A DNA stretch of 63,959 bases, the filler included, from Trichomonas gallinae (lineage: Eukaryota), in assembly GCA_008369845.1 (NCBI GenBank). It is 9 parts of 9 records of this genome, joined end to end, with 100 filler letters (N's around TTAATTAATTAA, not from the genome) between each part and the next. Parts side by side here need not be neighbours in the genome. Positions count along the whole stretch, not along the records: positions 25,701 to 45,319 come from MRSU01000301.1; 8 more parts are not named here. One strand, 5' to 3'. The translations under genes and the position numbers were made by a program. Below are positions 31,354 to 41,509 of this stretch, piece by piece. How positions within the stretch are numbered: the stretch's first letter is position 1; every line of letters starts with the position of its first letter. Below the pieces are notes generated by a model that saw only the letters and a program-made list of their open reading frames with translations, searched no databases and was not told the DNA's origin.

Positions 31354-31886
31354 CAGAAAAGTATAAAATTTTATATGTCAGAATTGTTTTTGCATCTTAT
31401 AATGATATGAAAAACAATGTTTTAATTGAAAATTTCGTGTAAACTTTTGAATTTAAGATTTTTTGATAATTTTGCTAAATAATGAGTTTTTATGTCTATC
31501 GAAAGTGAAAATAGGCACTAAATGTATTATACATGCTATATTATTATTTATTTTCTGATTTCATACTTCGCATTATTAATTTTTCTAAAAATCAAATTAA
31601 AAATTTACAATTTTTGAAATAAAAATTAATTCGTCCAGAAAATTTGAAAAATTAAACAACTGATGATAATGGATAACTCAGGACATAGAATGCAAATTTT
31701 GGATTAAAAATGAAAAATGAAAAATATTAATTATGTTTCATCTATATTATTATTGTACTTTTTCATTTAATTTGATTTAAGCTTGCATATTACCTGACTT
31801 CACAAAAAAGAGGGATTGGAATCTGAAATGAATGAAAATACTTAGCATTATCAATTATATACCCAAAAATATCCCAAAGAATATTA

Positions 31887-32135
31887 ATTTACATATCAAA
31901 AAAGAATTTATTACATGTCAAATATTAGATTTTACGTGACAATTTTAATTTTACATGAAATTTCAAATATTTTAATTTTACACAACATATTTAAAATTTA
32001 CATGTCAAAAATAATTTACATATCAAATTATACGTATTTACTTGACAATATTTTTTACACGACATTTTTAATATTTTTACACATCAATCTTTAATCTTTA
32101 CATGCCAAAAATAAATTTTACATGACAAAAATTTT
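31887..32135 (+). promoter_or_regulatory. Array of 12 TTTACAYGWCAA-like motifs, mean spacing 20.8 bp
   Basis: TTAC starts at 31889, 31911, 31932, 31951, 31978, 31998, 32016, 32038, 32055, 32077, 32098 and 32118. The array is certain; its function is inferred. Confidence 0.65.
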
Positions 32136-32173
32136 ATGAATTTTTTTGTCCCGAGTTTTTTTCCCCTTCAAAA

Positions 32174-33370
32174 ATGAGTACGAAACATCTTAAGTTGCCT
32201 AAGGCTCCCAACCACAAAAAGACACTTGCAGATGAAATCGAAGAACAGCAGAATCCGTTTGTTGTTCCTAAACAAAGTCGTCAAAAACAGAAAGTAATAA
32301 CACAGCAATCTCTCGGATCGGACATGACAAAGAAAATCCTTAACACTGCTTTGGATCAGCTTGAAGAGGAGAAGGTCGTGGAGGACGTGGAAATCGATTT
32401 ACCGGAAGTAGAAGAAGACGAAGATGACTCAGAAAATGAAATTGTCGTCGATGTCGAAGAAAACGATGAGGAAGCTAAGGCATTGTTCGAACTTTTCAAA
32501 GGTGATGTAGTACAAACATCAAACAGACTTAATACAACACTCGAAAAAACAGCACACGTTTCTAACCCAGAAGTCGTCGAAATTTATCAAAAACTCGGTG
32601 TTTTACTCAGAAATTACAAGAGTGGCAAACTTCCAAAGGCTATCAACGTTGTTGCATCACAAAATATTCCAGATTGGTTCGAATTGCTTGAATATTCACA
32701 GCCAGACAGCTGGTCTGTTAATGCCATTAAGGAAGTTACAACATTATTCGCCCAAACCGCTAACGAAGCTCGTTGCTTGAAATTCTATCGCGATATTCTC
32801 CTCGAATACATCCGCAACATTCTCGATGACAACAAGAAACTCCCACGTAACATCTGGACAACACTCCAAACAGCTGCTCGTCGCTCAAAGCCATTCGTCC
32901 TCGGAATCATGAAACCGCTTGCAACAGAAGGACAGTGCACGCCAAAGGATGCTAGAGTTATTTCACAGCTCGTAACAAGAGTCAAGCTCCCGAACGATCT
33001 CGTGAACTCGTTCCTCATCTGGCTCTGCGAAGGAAAGGAGATTTCTTTGACGCGCACGATTTTCGTCATCAGATTTGTACAGAAAGGAAAAGTTCTCGCA
33101 ATCAGAGCTGTTGATGCTGTATTTGGCTATTTCATGCAGTTCGCCGGCGTCACAGAGCAGCAACCTGTTATTTGGCACCAGGCTCTCAAGGACTTCGCAA
33201 AGCACTACGCGAAGGACCTCACACTTGAGCAGAAGGAGATCATGGTCGGCGACTTATGCTCGAAGCAGCACAAGCCAGGCATGACCCCGGAGATTAAGAA
33301 GATGATCATGGAAGCACCAACCCGTGATGATAACGCTGTTGATACAAGGCCTATCGCCCTCTTAGAATAA
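32174..33370 (+). CDS. BYSL: Bystin / Enp1 (40S biogenesis factor)
   Basis: EVVEIYQKLGVLLRNYKSGKLPKA, PDSWS, FYRDILLEYIR, PVIWHQAL and YAKDLTLEQKE. Confidence 0.92.
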   Translation: MSTKHLKLPKAPNHKKTLADEIEEQQNPFVVPKQSRQKQKVITQQSLGSDMTKKILNTALDQLEEEKVVEDVEIDLPEVEEDEDDSENEIVVDVEENDEEAKALFELFKGDVVQTSNRLNTTLEKTAHVSNPEVVEIYQKLGVLLRNYKSGKLPKAINVVASQNIPDWFELLEYSQPDSWSVNAIKEVTTLFAQTANEARCLKFYRDILLEYIRNILDDNKKLPRNIWTTLQTAARRSKPFVLGIMKPLATEGQCTPKDARVISQLVTRVKLPNDLVNSFLIWLCEGKEISLTRTIFVIRFVQKGKVLAIRAVDAVFGYFMQFAGVTEQQPVIWHQALKDFAKHYAKDLTLEQKEIMVGDLCSKQHKPGMTPEIKKMIMEAPTRDDNAVDTRPIALLE

Positions 33371-34208
33371 AGATATTTAGAGTAAAGTATTTATTTATTA
33401 TATATTTTTTACTCTGCAACACATTTTCCATTCATGATATTCAAAAAATATTATTTATCTATTCTATGTTTCAAGAACACAGTAGCAAAAAATCCTCATA
33501 TAACTCAAAAAGCATATTCTTAAGAAGAAGCCATTTCATGTACATTAAATCAATTTCTGAAATTATAAGCGACAAAAAGGTGAATTTATAATGTTTAATT
33601 ATATTGGGTGATTTATTTGAAACTTAGATGCGACATTAGAGTCATAAAGATATCATATGATATTGTGGTTATTGATATTCATGAATATTTTCTAAAAAAT
33701 TGATGATTTATTGTTAAACATTATTTCTCAAAAATGATTAGATAATTATAATTTTGGAGGAGTGGTATCATGATGCTAATAAAAATTGTCTGCCAAACAA
33801 AAATTATAAACAACGAAACAGCATTAACTTTTGCTACTTATTTTGATCATCACAAAGGTTTTCATTTTGGACGTAAAAATTAGCTATGTGATCAAGAGTG
33901 TGTATTAATGACAATGAATTATAGCAAATTTAACCTATTGTTAAAATATTTTCATCAAATAATCCGAAACCCAATAATATCGATGTGATAAAACTAAATA
34001 TATCAATAAGTTGGTTATATATATAATGTTTTAAAGAGAAAATTTTAATCAAAATTTTGCAAAAAAAAAATTCATTTTTCACTCCAATTTCTCATATAAA
34101 TCTACTATTTTTATTTGAAATATCAAAACTACTAAAGCTATATATATGTGAAATATGGAATAAAAATGTCTATCGATTATTCGGAAAACCGCCAAGAATT
34201 ATCGTATC

Positions 34209-34216
34209 GTCACTTT
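34209..34216 (+). promoter_or_regulatory. GTCACTTT initiator-containing motif
   Basis: Starts 15 nt before the ATG at 34224. Confidence 0.65.
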
Positions 34217-34223
34217 TAAACAA

Positions 34224-36533
34224 ATGGCGACAAATTTTGAGGACTTTATTATATCAGTGCTTGAAACAGACACCATTGAAGATGAGAGAGTGATTATTTC
34301 GAACGAGCTCGCCAATATGCGTACATTTATTCGCGATTGCAGCGAACATTATAAGCCACGCCTCGTTCTCAAGCTCATGTACTTGGATATGATTGGCGAA
34401 AACACCGCCTGGGGCCAAATGGAGATCGTTAGCCTCATGGCTCATGATCGTCCGAGCTACAAGAGAATTGGATATCTTGCAGCTGCAAATATTCTCGATG
34501 AAGACAACGAAAGAATCGTTCTTATCACACATACAATGCAAAAAGATCTCACCAATCCAAATCCTTTAGTCCAAATGCTTCCATTAACTTTACTGGCAAA
34601 TATCGGTGCCGTAGAAATGTGCAGAAATCTTGTTACAGAGGTCCAGAAGCTCCTTGACTCGCCACTTGCTGCAATGCAAAAGCGTGCGGCCATGGCTTCA
34701 GTTCATATAATTCGTAAAGTTCCAGAACTTTCTGAATCTTTCCGTCCATACGTCCAGAAGCTTCTTAATCACTCAGCACACTGCTGCGTCATGACAGGAA
34801 TCATGCTCGCGCTCGAAATGATAAAATGCGATCCAGATCTCGTAAATCAGTGGCAGCAGTTCACAACACCATTCACAAAAATCCTCAAAAACTTATTCGA
34901 GTCTCGCTCATCCAACGAATTTCAATTCTCGATTTTCAGCGATCCATTCTTACAGATCAAGATCATGAAGATCTTAGGACAACTCAAGCATCCATCTGAG
35001 GAGCTTGACGAACTTTTAGCATCAATAATCACCTCCGTTGATGCTAGACGTAATACTGGAAGATCTATCTTATTCCAGGCTATTCAGACAATCAACACAT
35101 GCGCAAAAAAGGCCTCGCTCAGGTCTCTCGCTTACAACCAAATTGGACGTCTTTTCACTTTCAAGGAGCCAAATGTTCTTTATTCCGCTCTTTCAGCTTT
35201 CTCACAGATTCTTTACAACGAAAACCAGATCATCGACAGATCATCAGCAGATTCTGTTGTCCTTCAACGTTATAAATCTCAAGTTGTTTCATGCCTCGAT
35301 CACAAAGACGCTTCAATCCGCCGCAGAGCTCTCGATGTCATTACAGCCCTCGTAGATGAGTCCAATGTTGAGATTCTCATCCCAGAAGTTTGCCAATATC
35401 TTCATCTTGCTGATGGAGACTTCAGAATTGAGCTTGTTGCAAAGGTCTTTGCTTCCGTTCAGCGCTTTGCACCAAACCCAGAGTGGAATTTCACAACAGT
35501 TCTCAACATTCTCATCGATTCCGGAAATTATGTTGGCAACGACGTTATTTCTTCAATCTGCAAGCTCATAGGTCAGCACCCAGACCTCAGATACAAGGCT
35601 GTTCAAATGCTCACAGAAAAACTCGCTGATAACAGCAGCAATCAGGCATTAGTACAAGTTGCAGCTTGGGCACTCGGCGAATTCCTTGAAGAAGAAAATG
35701 GTGCCACAGACACACTCAAGCGCATCTTATTGATGCCACAGACAAACATCGAAACGAAGTGCTACATCATCATAGCACTCGCAAAAATCGCCGTGAGATT
35801 CAACCAGATTCCAAACGTCGTCCCTGTCTTCCAGGAGCTCGCTACATCGAACAACCTCGAAGTTCAGCAGCGCGCAGGTGAAATCCTTAACATCCTCAAG
35901 AAGAAGGAGCTGTACGATGACTTGTTAGCTCCTTTGGAGTTCGAAGAGGCTCCAGTTGGAGAAATTTCGTCATCACAGAAACAAGAGACAAACCTTTTGG
36001 ACTTGGTTATGGATACACCGAAGTCCTCGAGTGCCACAGCATCACCATTGGACGCTGTTTCGGCATTACTCGGCGGCCAGCCACTCCCATCACAGCAGAA
36101 GCCAGCCGAAACACCAACATTATTGACAGACATCGTTCAGCCAGCTGAACAGCCGAAGAAGAAGATCGAAATCAACCCACCTAAGAACGCTGTTGAAGCC
36201 CTTAGGACGCCAGATTATGTCATCTACTTCGAGCTCCAGAGAAATGCTAACAACCCGAACCAGCTCGCCATCAGATCTTCTTGCTTCAACCTCAGCGATA
36301 TTCCGCTCACACAGTTCCAGATACAGTATGGTGTTCCTCAGGGATGGATGATTGCCCCGCAGGCACCAAGTGGCAACGTCCTCGAAGCAATCGGAGGAAG
36401 GCCAATTGTTCAGGTCCTCGTATTACAGAACAGAGGCGCAAACAAGTTACAGATGAAGACACAGATATCATACCTCTACAGATCACAACCACTTAAAGAA
36501 AACGGAACAATCAACCCAGCTATATTCGGCTAA
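34224..36533 (+). CDS. AP1G: AP-1 complex gamma-adaptin
   Basis: DTIEDERVII, WGQME, YKRIGYL, SDPFLQIKI, CLDHKDASIRRRAL and LEVQQRA; clathrin-box-like LLDL in the hinge; single ear domain. Confidence 0.9.
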   Translation: MATNFEDFIISVLETDTIEDERVIISNELANMRTFIRDCSEHYKPRLVLKLMYLDMIGENTAWGQMEIVSLMAHDRPSYKRIGYLAAANILDEDNERIVLITHTMQKDLTNPNPLVQMLPLTLLANIGAVEMCRNLVTEVQKLLDSPLAAMQKRAAMASVHIIRKVPELSESFRPYVQKLLNHSAHCCVMTGIMLALEMIKCDPDLVNQWQQFTTPFTKILKNLFESRSSNEFQFSIFSDPFLQIKIMKILGQLKHPSEELDELLASIITSVDARRNTGRSILFQAIQTINTCAKKASLRSLAYNQIGRLFTFKEPNVLYSALSAFSQILYNENQIIDRSSADSVVLQRYKSQVVSCLDHKDASIRRRALDVITALVDESNVEILIPEVCQYLHLADGDFRIELVAKVFASVQRFAPNPEWNFTTVLNILIDSGNYVGNDVISSICKLIGQHPDLRYKAVQMLTEKLADNSSNQALVQVAAWALGEFLEEENGATDTLKRILLMPQTNIETKCYIIIALAKIAVRFNQIPNVVPVFQELATSNNLEVQQRAGEILNILKKKELYDDLLAPLEFEEAPVGEISSSQKQETNLLDLVMDTPKSSSATASPLDAVSALLGGQPLPSQQKPAETPTLLTDIVQPAEQPKKKIEINPPKNAVEALRTPDYVIYFELQRNANNPNQLAIRSSCFNLSDIPLTQFQIQYGVPQGWMIAPQAPSGNVLEAIGGRPIVQVLVLQNRGANKLQMKTQISYLYRSQPLKENGTINPAIFG

Positions 36534-37025
36534 TTTACATTTGCTTTTTTTTATTTTATCTATAAACATTCAATCTTTTTTGGTTTTATTTAATCTGCAT
36601 TTCGCTCACATCTATATAACAATATCAACATCATAATACAACATTGGCGATGATAAATTATTTATTTCTAAATCAGTTAAATCTTTGTTTTTATTCATTC
36701 GATAATTTGTTGATTGAATGATGATTTGTTTCTATTCATTATTCTTTCTTTAATCATTGGCTTTGGACAAATCATAAGATAACAACAAGATAATTCTCTA
36801 ATACATAATTGCGTAATAACAATGTATTAATCAAAAAGAGTTTTATTAACGAATGATGATTTTAATATTTATATTGATTTATCCGAATGAACAATGAAAG
36901 ATTCTTAATGATTTGATGCTTATGATGTTGATGCAAATAAGATATGAGTACAATAGAAAACAAAAAGATTTTAATAATGACAAACAAATAAAATTAATAT
37001 CAACAAAAGATATAATAATAATAAA

Positions 37026-38720
37026 TTAGTCAATCTTGAGAGCTCTAAAGATGCGTCTGACGAATAAAGCAGATGCAGCGAATCCGACGAAGCCGCATGC
37101 AGTGCCGACAATAACAGAAATAGCGATTGAACTCGATGCCAAGAAAACAGACTGAATGAATCCTTCCCTTGTTACTCTCGTTGACGCACAATACAAACAC
37201 TCGATGAAAACGAAGAAACCTGTGAAAGCCGGAGCCATGAAAGAAGGCCACTGCCACTCATAGTTTTCCGCGCACAATCTGAAGTAGATAGCAATGACAG
37301 TTGAGCAGGCAATTGTCAAAGCAGCCATAGGAACAGTCAAAGTGATGAACATCCACGAGAAATAAAGTTTGTACTTCCAGATGCTCAGCAATATATAGTA
37401 AACTTCATAGCAGACAGAAGCCCACCCAACCAATCCTATAACAATGGACAGGAAGAAAGTCCTAAGGTAGAAGGGGGTCGGCGGAATTTGACGCTTAATC
37501 AAGCCGAGTCTCGCATTAAATTCTCCCAAAACGAAATAATGTCTGCCGAAGATTCCACCAGCGATAGTAAGCGGAATGGCGAATATTATCCATAAGAAGA
37601 AGCCGACGACCAAAGGAGTCAAGTGTATTGCTTGAATATTTCCGCGATATAAACTAAAAATGAATAATGTCATCTTATAGAGCAAATAGAAGCTGGGAAT
37701 GACTGCTGATGCCGAAATCAGCTGGAATATCCATCGCTTTCCTTGCCATTTCTTGTACATCGCGCCGCCAAAATATCCGCAAGTTAAAGCGGAGATTGCG
37801 TAGACGCAAAATGCGACATTCATTGTCGAATTTCGCTTATAATGCAGTCTGAGGAATAAATTTGCGATAACAAAAGTGCAAATCATTGTTCCAATTTGAG
37901 CTCCTCCGCCAATCAGGCTGGAAAGCACAAATCTCATTGGTGGAGGACGAAAAACGTCATTGTAGACAACTTTCCAACCTCTTTCTGCTGTAAATTCTGT
38001 TTCATATTCTAAAATTTCAGCTTCACGTTCAATTCTTCTGAAATCATTGCTAACGTACATAGTTAATATGTATATTGTTGAAATTATTGCTAAAACTGTA
38101 AGTAATAAAGTATTAATTAATCCGTAATAGCGAATTGGCGACAAAAAGAAGTCGTAGTCACAGTATTTCTCGAACCTCTGACGATATTTCTTGTTTGTTG
38201 AGAGCCAATCCACGCTATAAGAGAAATGAATCGATGTTCCCGGTTGTACTTCAACAGAGGACGCAGTTCCAAGGGAAATCTCAACAGCATGGGCATCCCT
38301 ATAAGATAGAGTGAATTGGAAGTGCGTATAAATCATTGTGCCATTTTTCGAATTTTTATGACCAATTTGTGCCCAAACAGGCAATTTTCCGACGTATAAT
38401 TCATACGTGAACTGTCTATCGACCAATTCTGTGAATCTATTGACGATATCTTGCGTAGCTGTTATACTGCATAAAGATTCTCCGCGAACAGGATTCAAAT
38501 ACTTGATTGAAATTGGTGTATGCTTCCTGTTTAATTCGATGATACTCTTGATTTTGCTGGATTTATGCGTTTCGGGTGCGAGACAAAATGGAATATAGTC
38601 AAAACTGTATGATTCGAGAGGATTGAGAAGTGGAAATGTTTTGCTACCAAAAACTGGTATCGTGTCGTTAACAGCCAGTTTTTTCGCATAAATTTCACAA
38701 ACAAACCAAAAAAGAAACAT
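37026..38720 (-). CDS. TM9SF / endomembrane protein 70 family
   Basis: NPLESYSF..IPFC, GWKVVYNDVFRPP, RQIP, ENYEWQWPSF and C-terminal FVRRIFRALKID. Confidence 0.93.
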   Translation of the reverse strand: MFLFWFVCEIYAKKLAVNDTIPVFGSKTFPLLNPLESYSFDYIPFCLAPETHKSSKIKSIIELNRKHTPISIKYLNPVRGESLCSITATQDIVNRFTELVDRQFTYELYVGKLPVWAQIGHKNSKNGTMIYTHFQFTLSYRDAHAVEISLGTASSVEVQPGTSIHFSYSVDWLSTNKKYRQRFEKYCDYDFFLSPIRYYGLINTLLLTVLAIISTIYILTMYVSNDFRRIEREAEILEYETEFTAERGWKVVYNDVFRPPPMRFVLSSLIGGGAQIGTMICTFVIANLFLRLHYKRNSTMNVAFCVYAISALTCGYFGGAMYKKWQGKRWIFQLISASAVIPSFYLLYKMTLFIFSLYRGNIQAIHLTPLVVGFFLWIIFAIPLTIAGGIFGRHYFVLGEFNARLGLIKRQIPPTPFYLRTFFLSIVIGLVGWASVCYEVYYILLSIWKYKLYFSWMFITLTVPMAALTIACSTVIAIYFRLCAENYEWQWPSFMAPAFTGFFVFIECLYCASTRVTREGFIQSVFLASSSIAISVIVGTACGFVGFAASALFVRRIFRALKID

Positions 38721-39307
38721 TTTTGTGAAAAAGTGACAACATTTTTTTTTCGAGTCCCAAACTTTTCATTTTTCATCAAACACAACGATTATTTCTTATC
38801 CCATCTATGTTATTTATATAGTAAAGAGCATTTGCTACAATAAACACACTGCTGTGAAGCATTTACATGAAACAGAAAATAAATAATTTTGATATTAATT
38901 TCAACTTAAAAATATCTAATCATTTTTCTGAACCACAGAATCTAATGTTAAAAATAACAGAATGTGCTTTTAAAACGGTACATAATAAAATTTATAATCG
39001 ATAAATATTCACTTTTTATGTGATTAATGAGCAAGTTATAACTTCAATCATGGCGAGAAAGAGCTACTGTATATGTATTTAGGATTCATCTGATGAATTG
39101 ATTGAGTTTATGATTAAAAATATATGTTAACAAACACATTTAGCTTTTCTCTGCTCAAGTTATAACATTGATCCAGAAGTATCATCACCTGCAGGACAAT
39201 AATGCCATTGTTTGCTAATTATTAAACTTTTTTTGCAAAAAAAAAAACATTCAACTATTGCTTATTAAAGTAATTTGAGCTAATTATGACAATAAAAAAA
39301 TATCATT

Positions 39308-41509
39308 TTATTGCTCGAGAGCGAACTTAAGCTCAGCCCATGTGATTGGCTCACCCTTTGCCTCGTACACGACTAAGTCGATGTCCTGGATTGCCTTCTT
39401 GATTGGGATTGGATTGTTTGTCATGAAGTCGTTGCCGTCCTTCTTGTCTTCTTCTGATGGGTTGAACTTCTCTGGTGCAATAGAGTCGACTACTGTGATT
39501 AACTCTTCGAATGTTGTCAAGCAGTTGAGGGCGACTTCTCTGTAGAAGAAGTTGTCCTTGAGGCCGATATCTCTCATCTCATCTCTCATTGATGTTGTGA
39601 CAAAGATTGCCAACTTTCTGCCAATTGGTGGAAGATTTGTCAATAAGTTCAAAATAGCCTGGAAGACCTTGTTAGAGAATCTTGGGCCGATTGGTGTGTA
39701 TTCGATGAGTCTGTCGATGTTGTCGATGATGATAGCTGAGTATGGAGACTTGTAGGCGTCTTCGAAGATCTGATGGATGCTGCCGGCAATCTTATCTTCG
39801 CTTGTTCCGATGAACTCGAGTGCCTGGATGGCTCTGACGAAGGAGAAGTTGGCATCGCGGCAGACCTGAGCTGCGAAGGCTGTCTGTCCGCACTTCGGGA
39901 GACCTGAGACGCAGAAAGACATCAAGGACTGGTTTGGATCGTTTCTCAATGCATCGAGGTACTTCTCCATCATAGAGCGTGTGGAAATGAAGCCCTCGGA
40001 GTAGTTGATGATGCCGCGCTGGCACAACTTAGCCAATGTATCCTCTTCGACACCGAAAGCTGGTCTGACTTCGAGGAGGGCCTGCATCATGTGAGCGCGT
40101 GTGACCAATAAGTTGGAAATGTCGAGCTTTTCGTTGATCTTTTCGATGTTGATTCTCTCATTCATAGCGAAAGAAACGGCTGATTTAACGACACCAGCGA
40201 TTTCGGCACCAGTGTAGTTGCTTGACTCGTGTGCGAGCTCCTTGAGGTCGACATCCTTTGCGAGTCTCTTTGATTCGCGAAGTGCAGATGTGTGAATGTT
40301 GAAAATCTGAAGACGGCCCTTTTCGTCAGGAAGGTTGACTTCGATTTGGACTTCGAAACGGCCTGGACGGAGAAGAGCGTTATCGATAAGATCTCTTCTG
40401 TTTGTCATACCGATGATCAAAACATTATTAAGAGAATCGACACCATCGATCATAGAAAGGAGCTGGTTGACAATTCTGTCCTCTGTACCTGTGTTATCTG
40501 AGCCACGGCCACGCTGCTTTGTGAGTGAATCGAACTCATCGAAGATGATTAAATGCAATGATGCTTCATCACCGTTTTCGTTCTGGTCTTTGATGGCATC
40601 TTCGAAGAGCTTACGAACGTTGGCTTCTGATTCACCGACGTACTTATTGAGAAGCTCAGGACCGTTGACGATCTTTGGTTCTACTGTGTTAAGCATCTTA
40701 CCGATCTGTCTGGCCATGAGTGTCTTACCAGTACCTGGTGGGCCGTACAAAAGGATACCTTTGACGTGCTGAATGCCTAATTGTTTGATAACAGATGGTG
40801 GGAAGATACGTGAAGCGAAAGCACGACGGAAGAGTGTAGCGAACTGATCATCGAGACCACCAATGCCCATCTTATTGAAGTCCCAGTTTGGTTTGAATAA
40901 TGCTGCACCAGCGCCGCCGTCTTCGTCTTCTATCTGGATGTTCTTGTCTTGCTTTGTAAACTTGAAGGTTGTTGATGCTGGGTTGAAGAGAGCTGATGAT
41001 GCTGGTTGTGCTTCTTTTCCGTCAGCAATATCTTTTGCTGTTGCTGCATCGAGCTCAATTGTCTTGAATGTGAATGCTGTGCCGTCGTATTCAACGTAGT
41101 ACTCGAATGGGCAGACAAATGGAAGGGGAGCAAAATTCTGCTTCCAATGTTCGAAGAGATCTTTAGCTTTAAGCTGTATTTTGTGAGACTGCGATTGCTT
41201 TTGGAAGGAGATTTCGATCTTGACGCGTGTTGCGAACTTTGTGTCAGCGGTCTGTACATATGGGCGGACAGTGAATGGCTGGTCGAGAGCAGCGTTGAGC
41301 AGCATACGCTGTGACTGGTTGAGAGAAATCTGGCCTTCTTCAACCTTAGCGATTTGATCTACTTTGAAGATGAATCCATTAATGATGACATACTTGTGAT
41401 CAACGCCAGGAATGGCCGCGAGGACGTTGTTGTGGACATATACAAAGTTAGTCTTCGCAGAAGCCACGCTGACGGACTTAGTACACTTTAAACTAAAAGA
41501 GTTTGACAT
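39308..41509 (-). CDS. NSF: Vesicle-fusing ATPase NSF/Sec18
   Basis: MGIGGLD..F..LFRRAFASRIFPP, GILLYGPPGTGKTLMARQIG, LHLIIFDEFD, IGMTNRRDLIDNALLRPGR and PIGPRFSN. Confidence 0.97.
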   Translation of the reverse strand: MSNSFSLKCTKSVSVASAKTNFVYVHNNVLAAIPGVDHKYVIINGFIFKVDQIAKVEEGQISLNQSQRMLLNAALDQPFTVRPYVQTADTKFATRVKIEISFQKQSQSHKIQLKAKDLFEHWKQNFAPLPFVCPFEYYVEYDGTAFTFKTIELDAATAKDIADGKEAQPASSALFNPASTTFKFTKQDKNIQIEDEDGGAGAALFKPNWDFNKMGIGGLDDQFATLFRRAFASRIFPPSVIKQLGIQHVKGILLYGPPGTGKTLMARQIGKMLNTVEPKIVNGPELLNKYVGESEANVRKLFEDAIKDQNENGDEASLHLIIFDEFDSLTKQRGRGSDNTGTEDRIVNQLLSMIDGVDSLNNVLIIGMTNRRDLIDNALLRPGRFEVQIEVNLPDEKGRLQIFNIHTSALRESKRLAKDVDLKELAHESSNYTGAEIAGVVKSAVSFAMNERINIEKINEKLDISNLLVTRAHMMQALLEVRPAFGVEEDTLAKLCQRGIINYSEGFISTRSMMEKYLDALRNDPNQSLMSFCVSGLPKCGQTAFAAQVCRDANFSFVRAIQALEFIGTSEDKIAGSIHQIFEDAYKSPYSAIIIDNIDRLIEYTPIGPRFSNKVFQAILNLLTNLPPIGRKLAIFVTTSMRDEMRDIGLKDNFFYREVALNCLTTFEELITVVDSIAPEKFNPSEEDKKDGNDFMTNNPIPIKKAIQDIDLVVYEAKGEPITWAELKFALEQ

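Noticed and set aside
31887..32135. CRISPR-like reading of the motif arrays
   Set aside because: Repeats are ~11 bp and degenerate, spacers are ~10 bp of A/T, there are no cas genes, and the context is eukaryotic.
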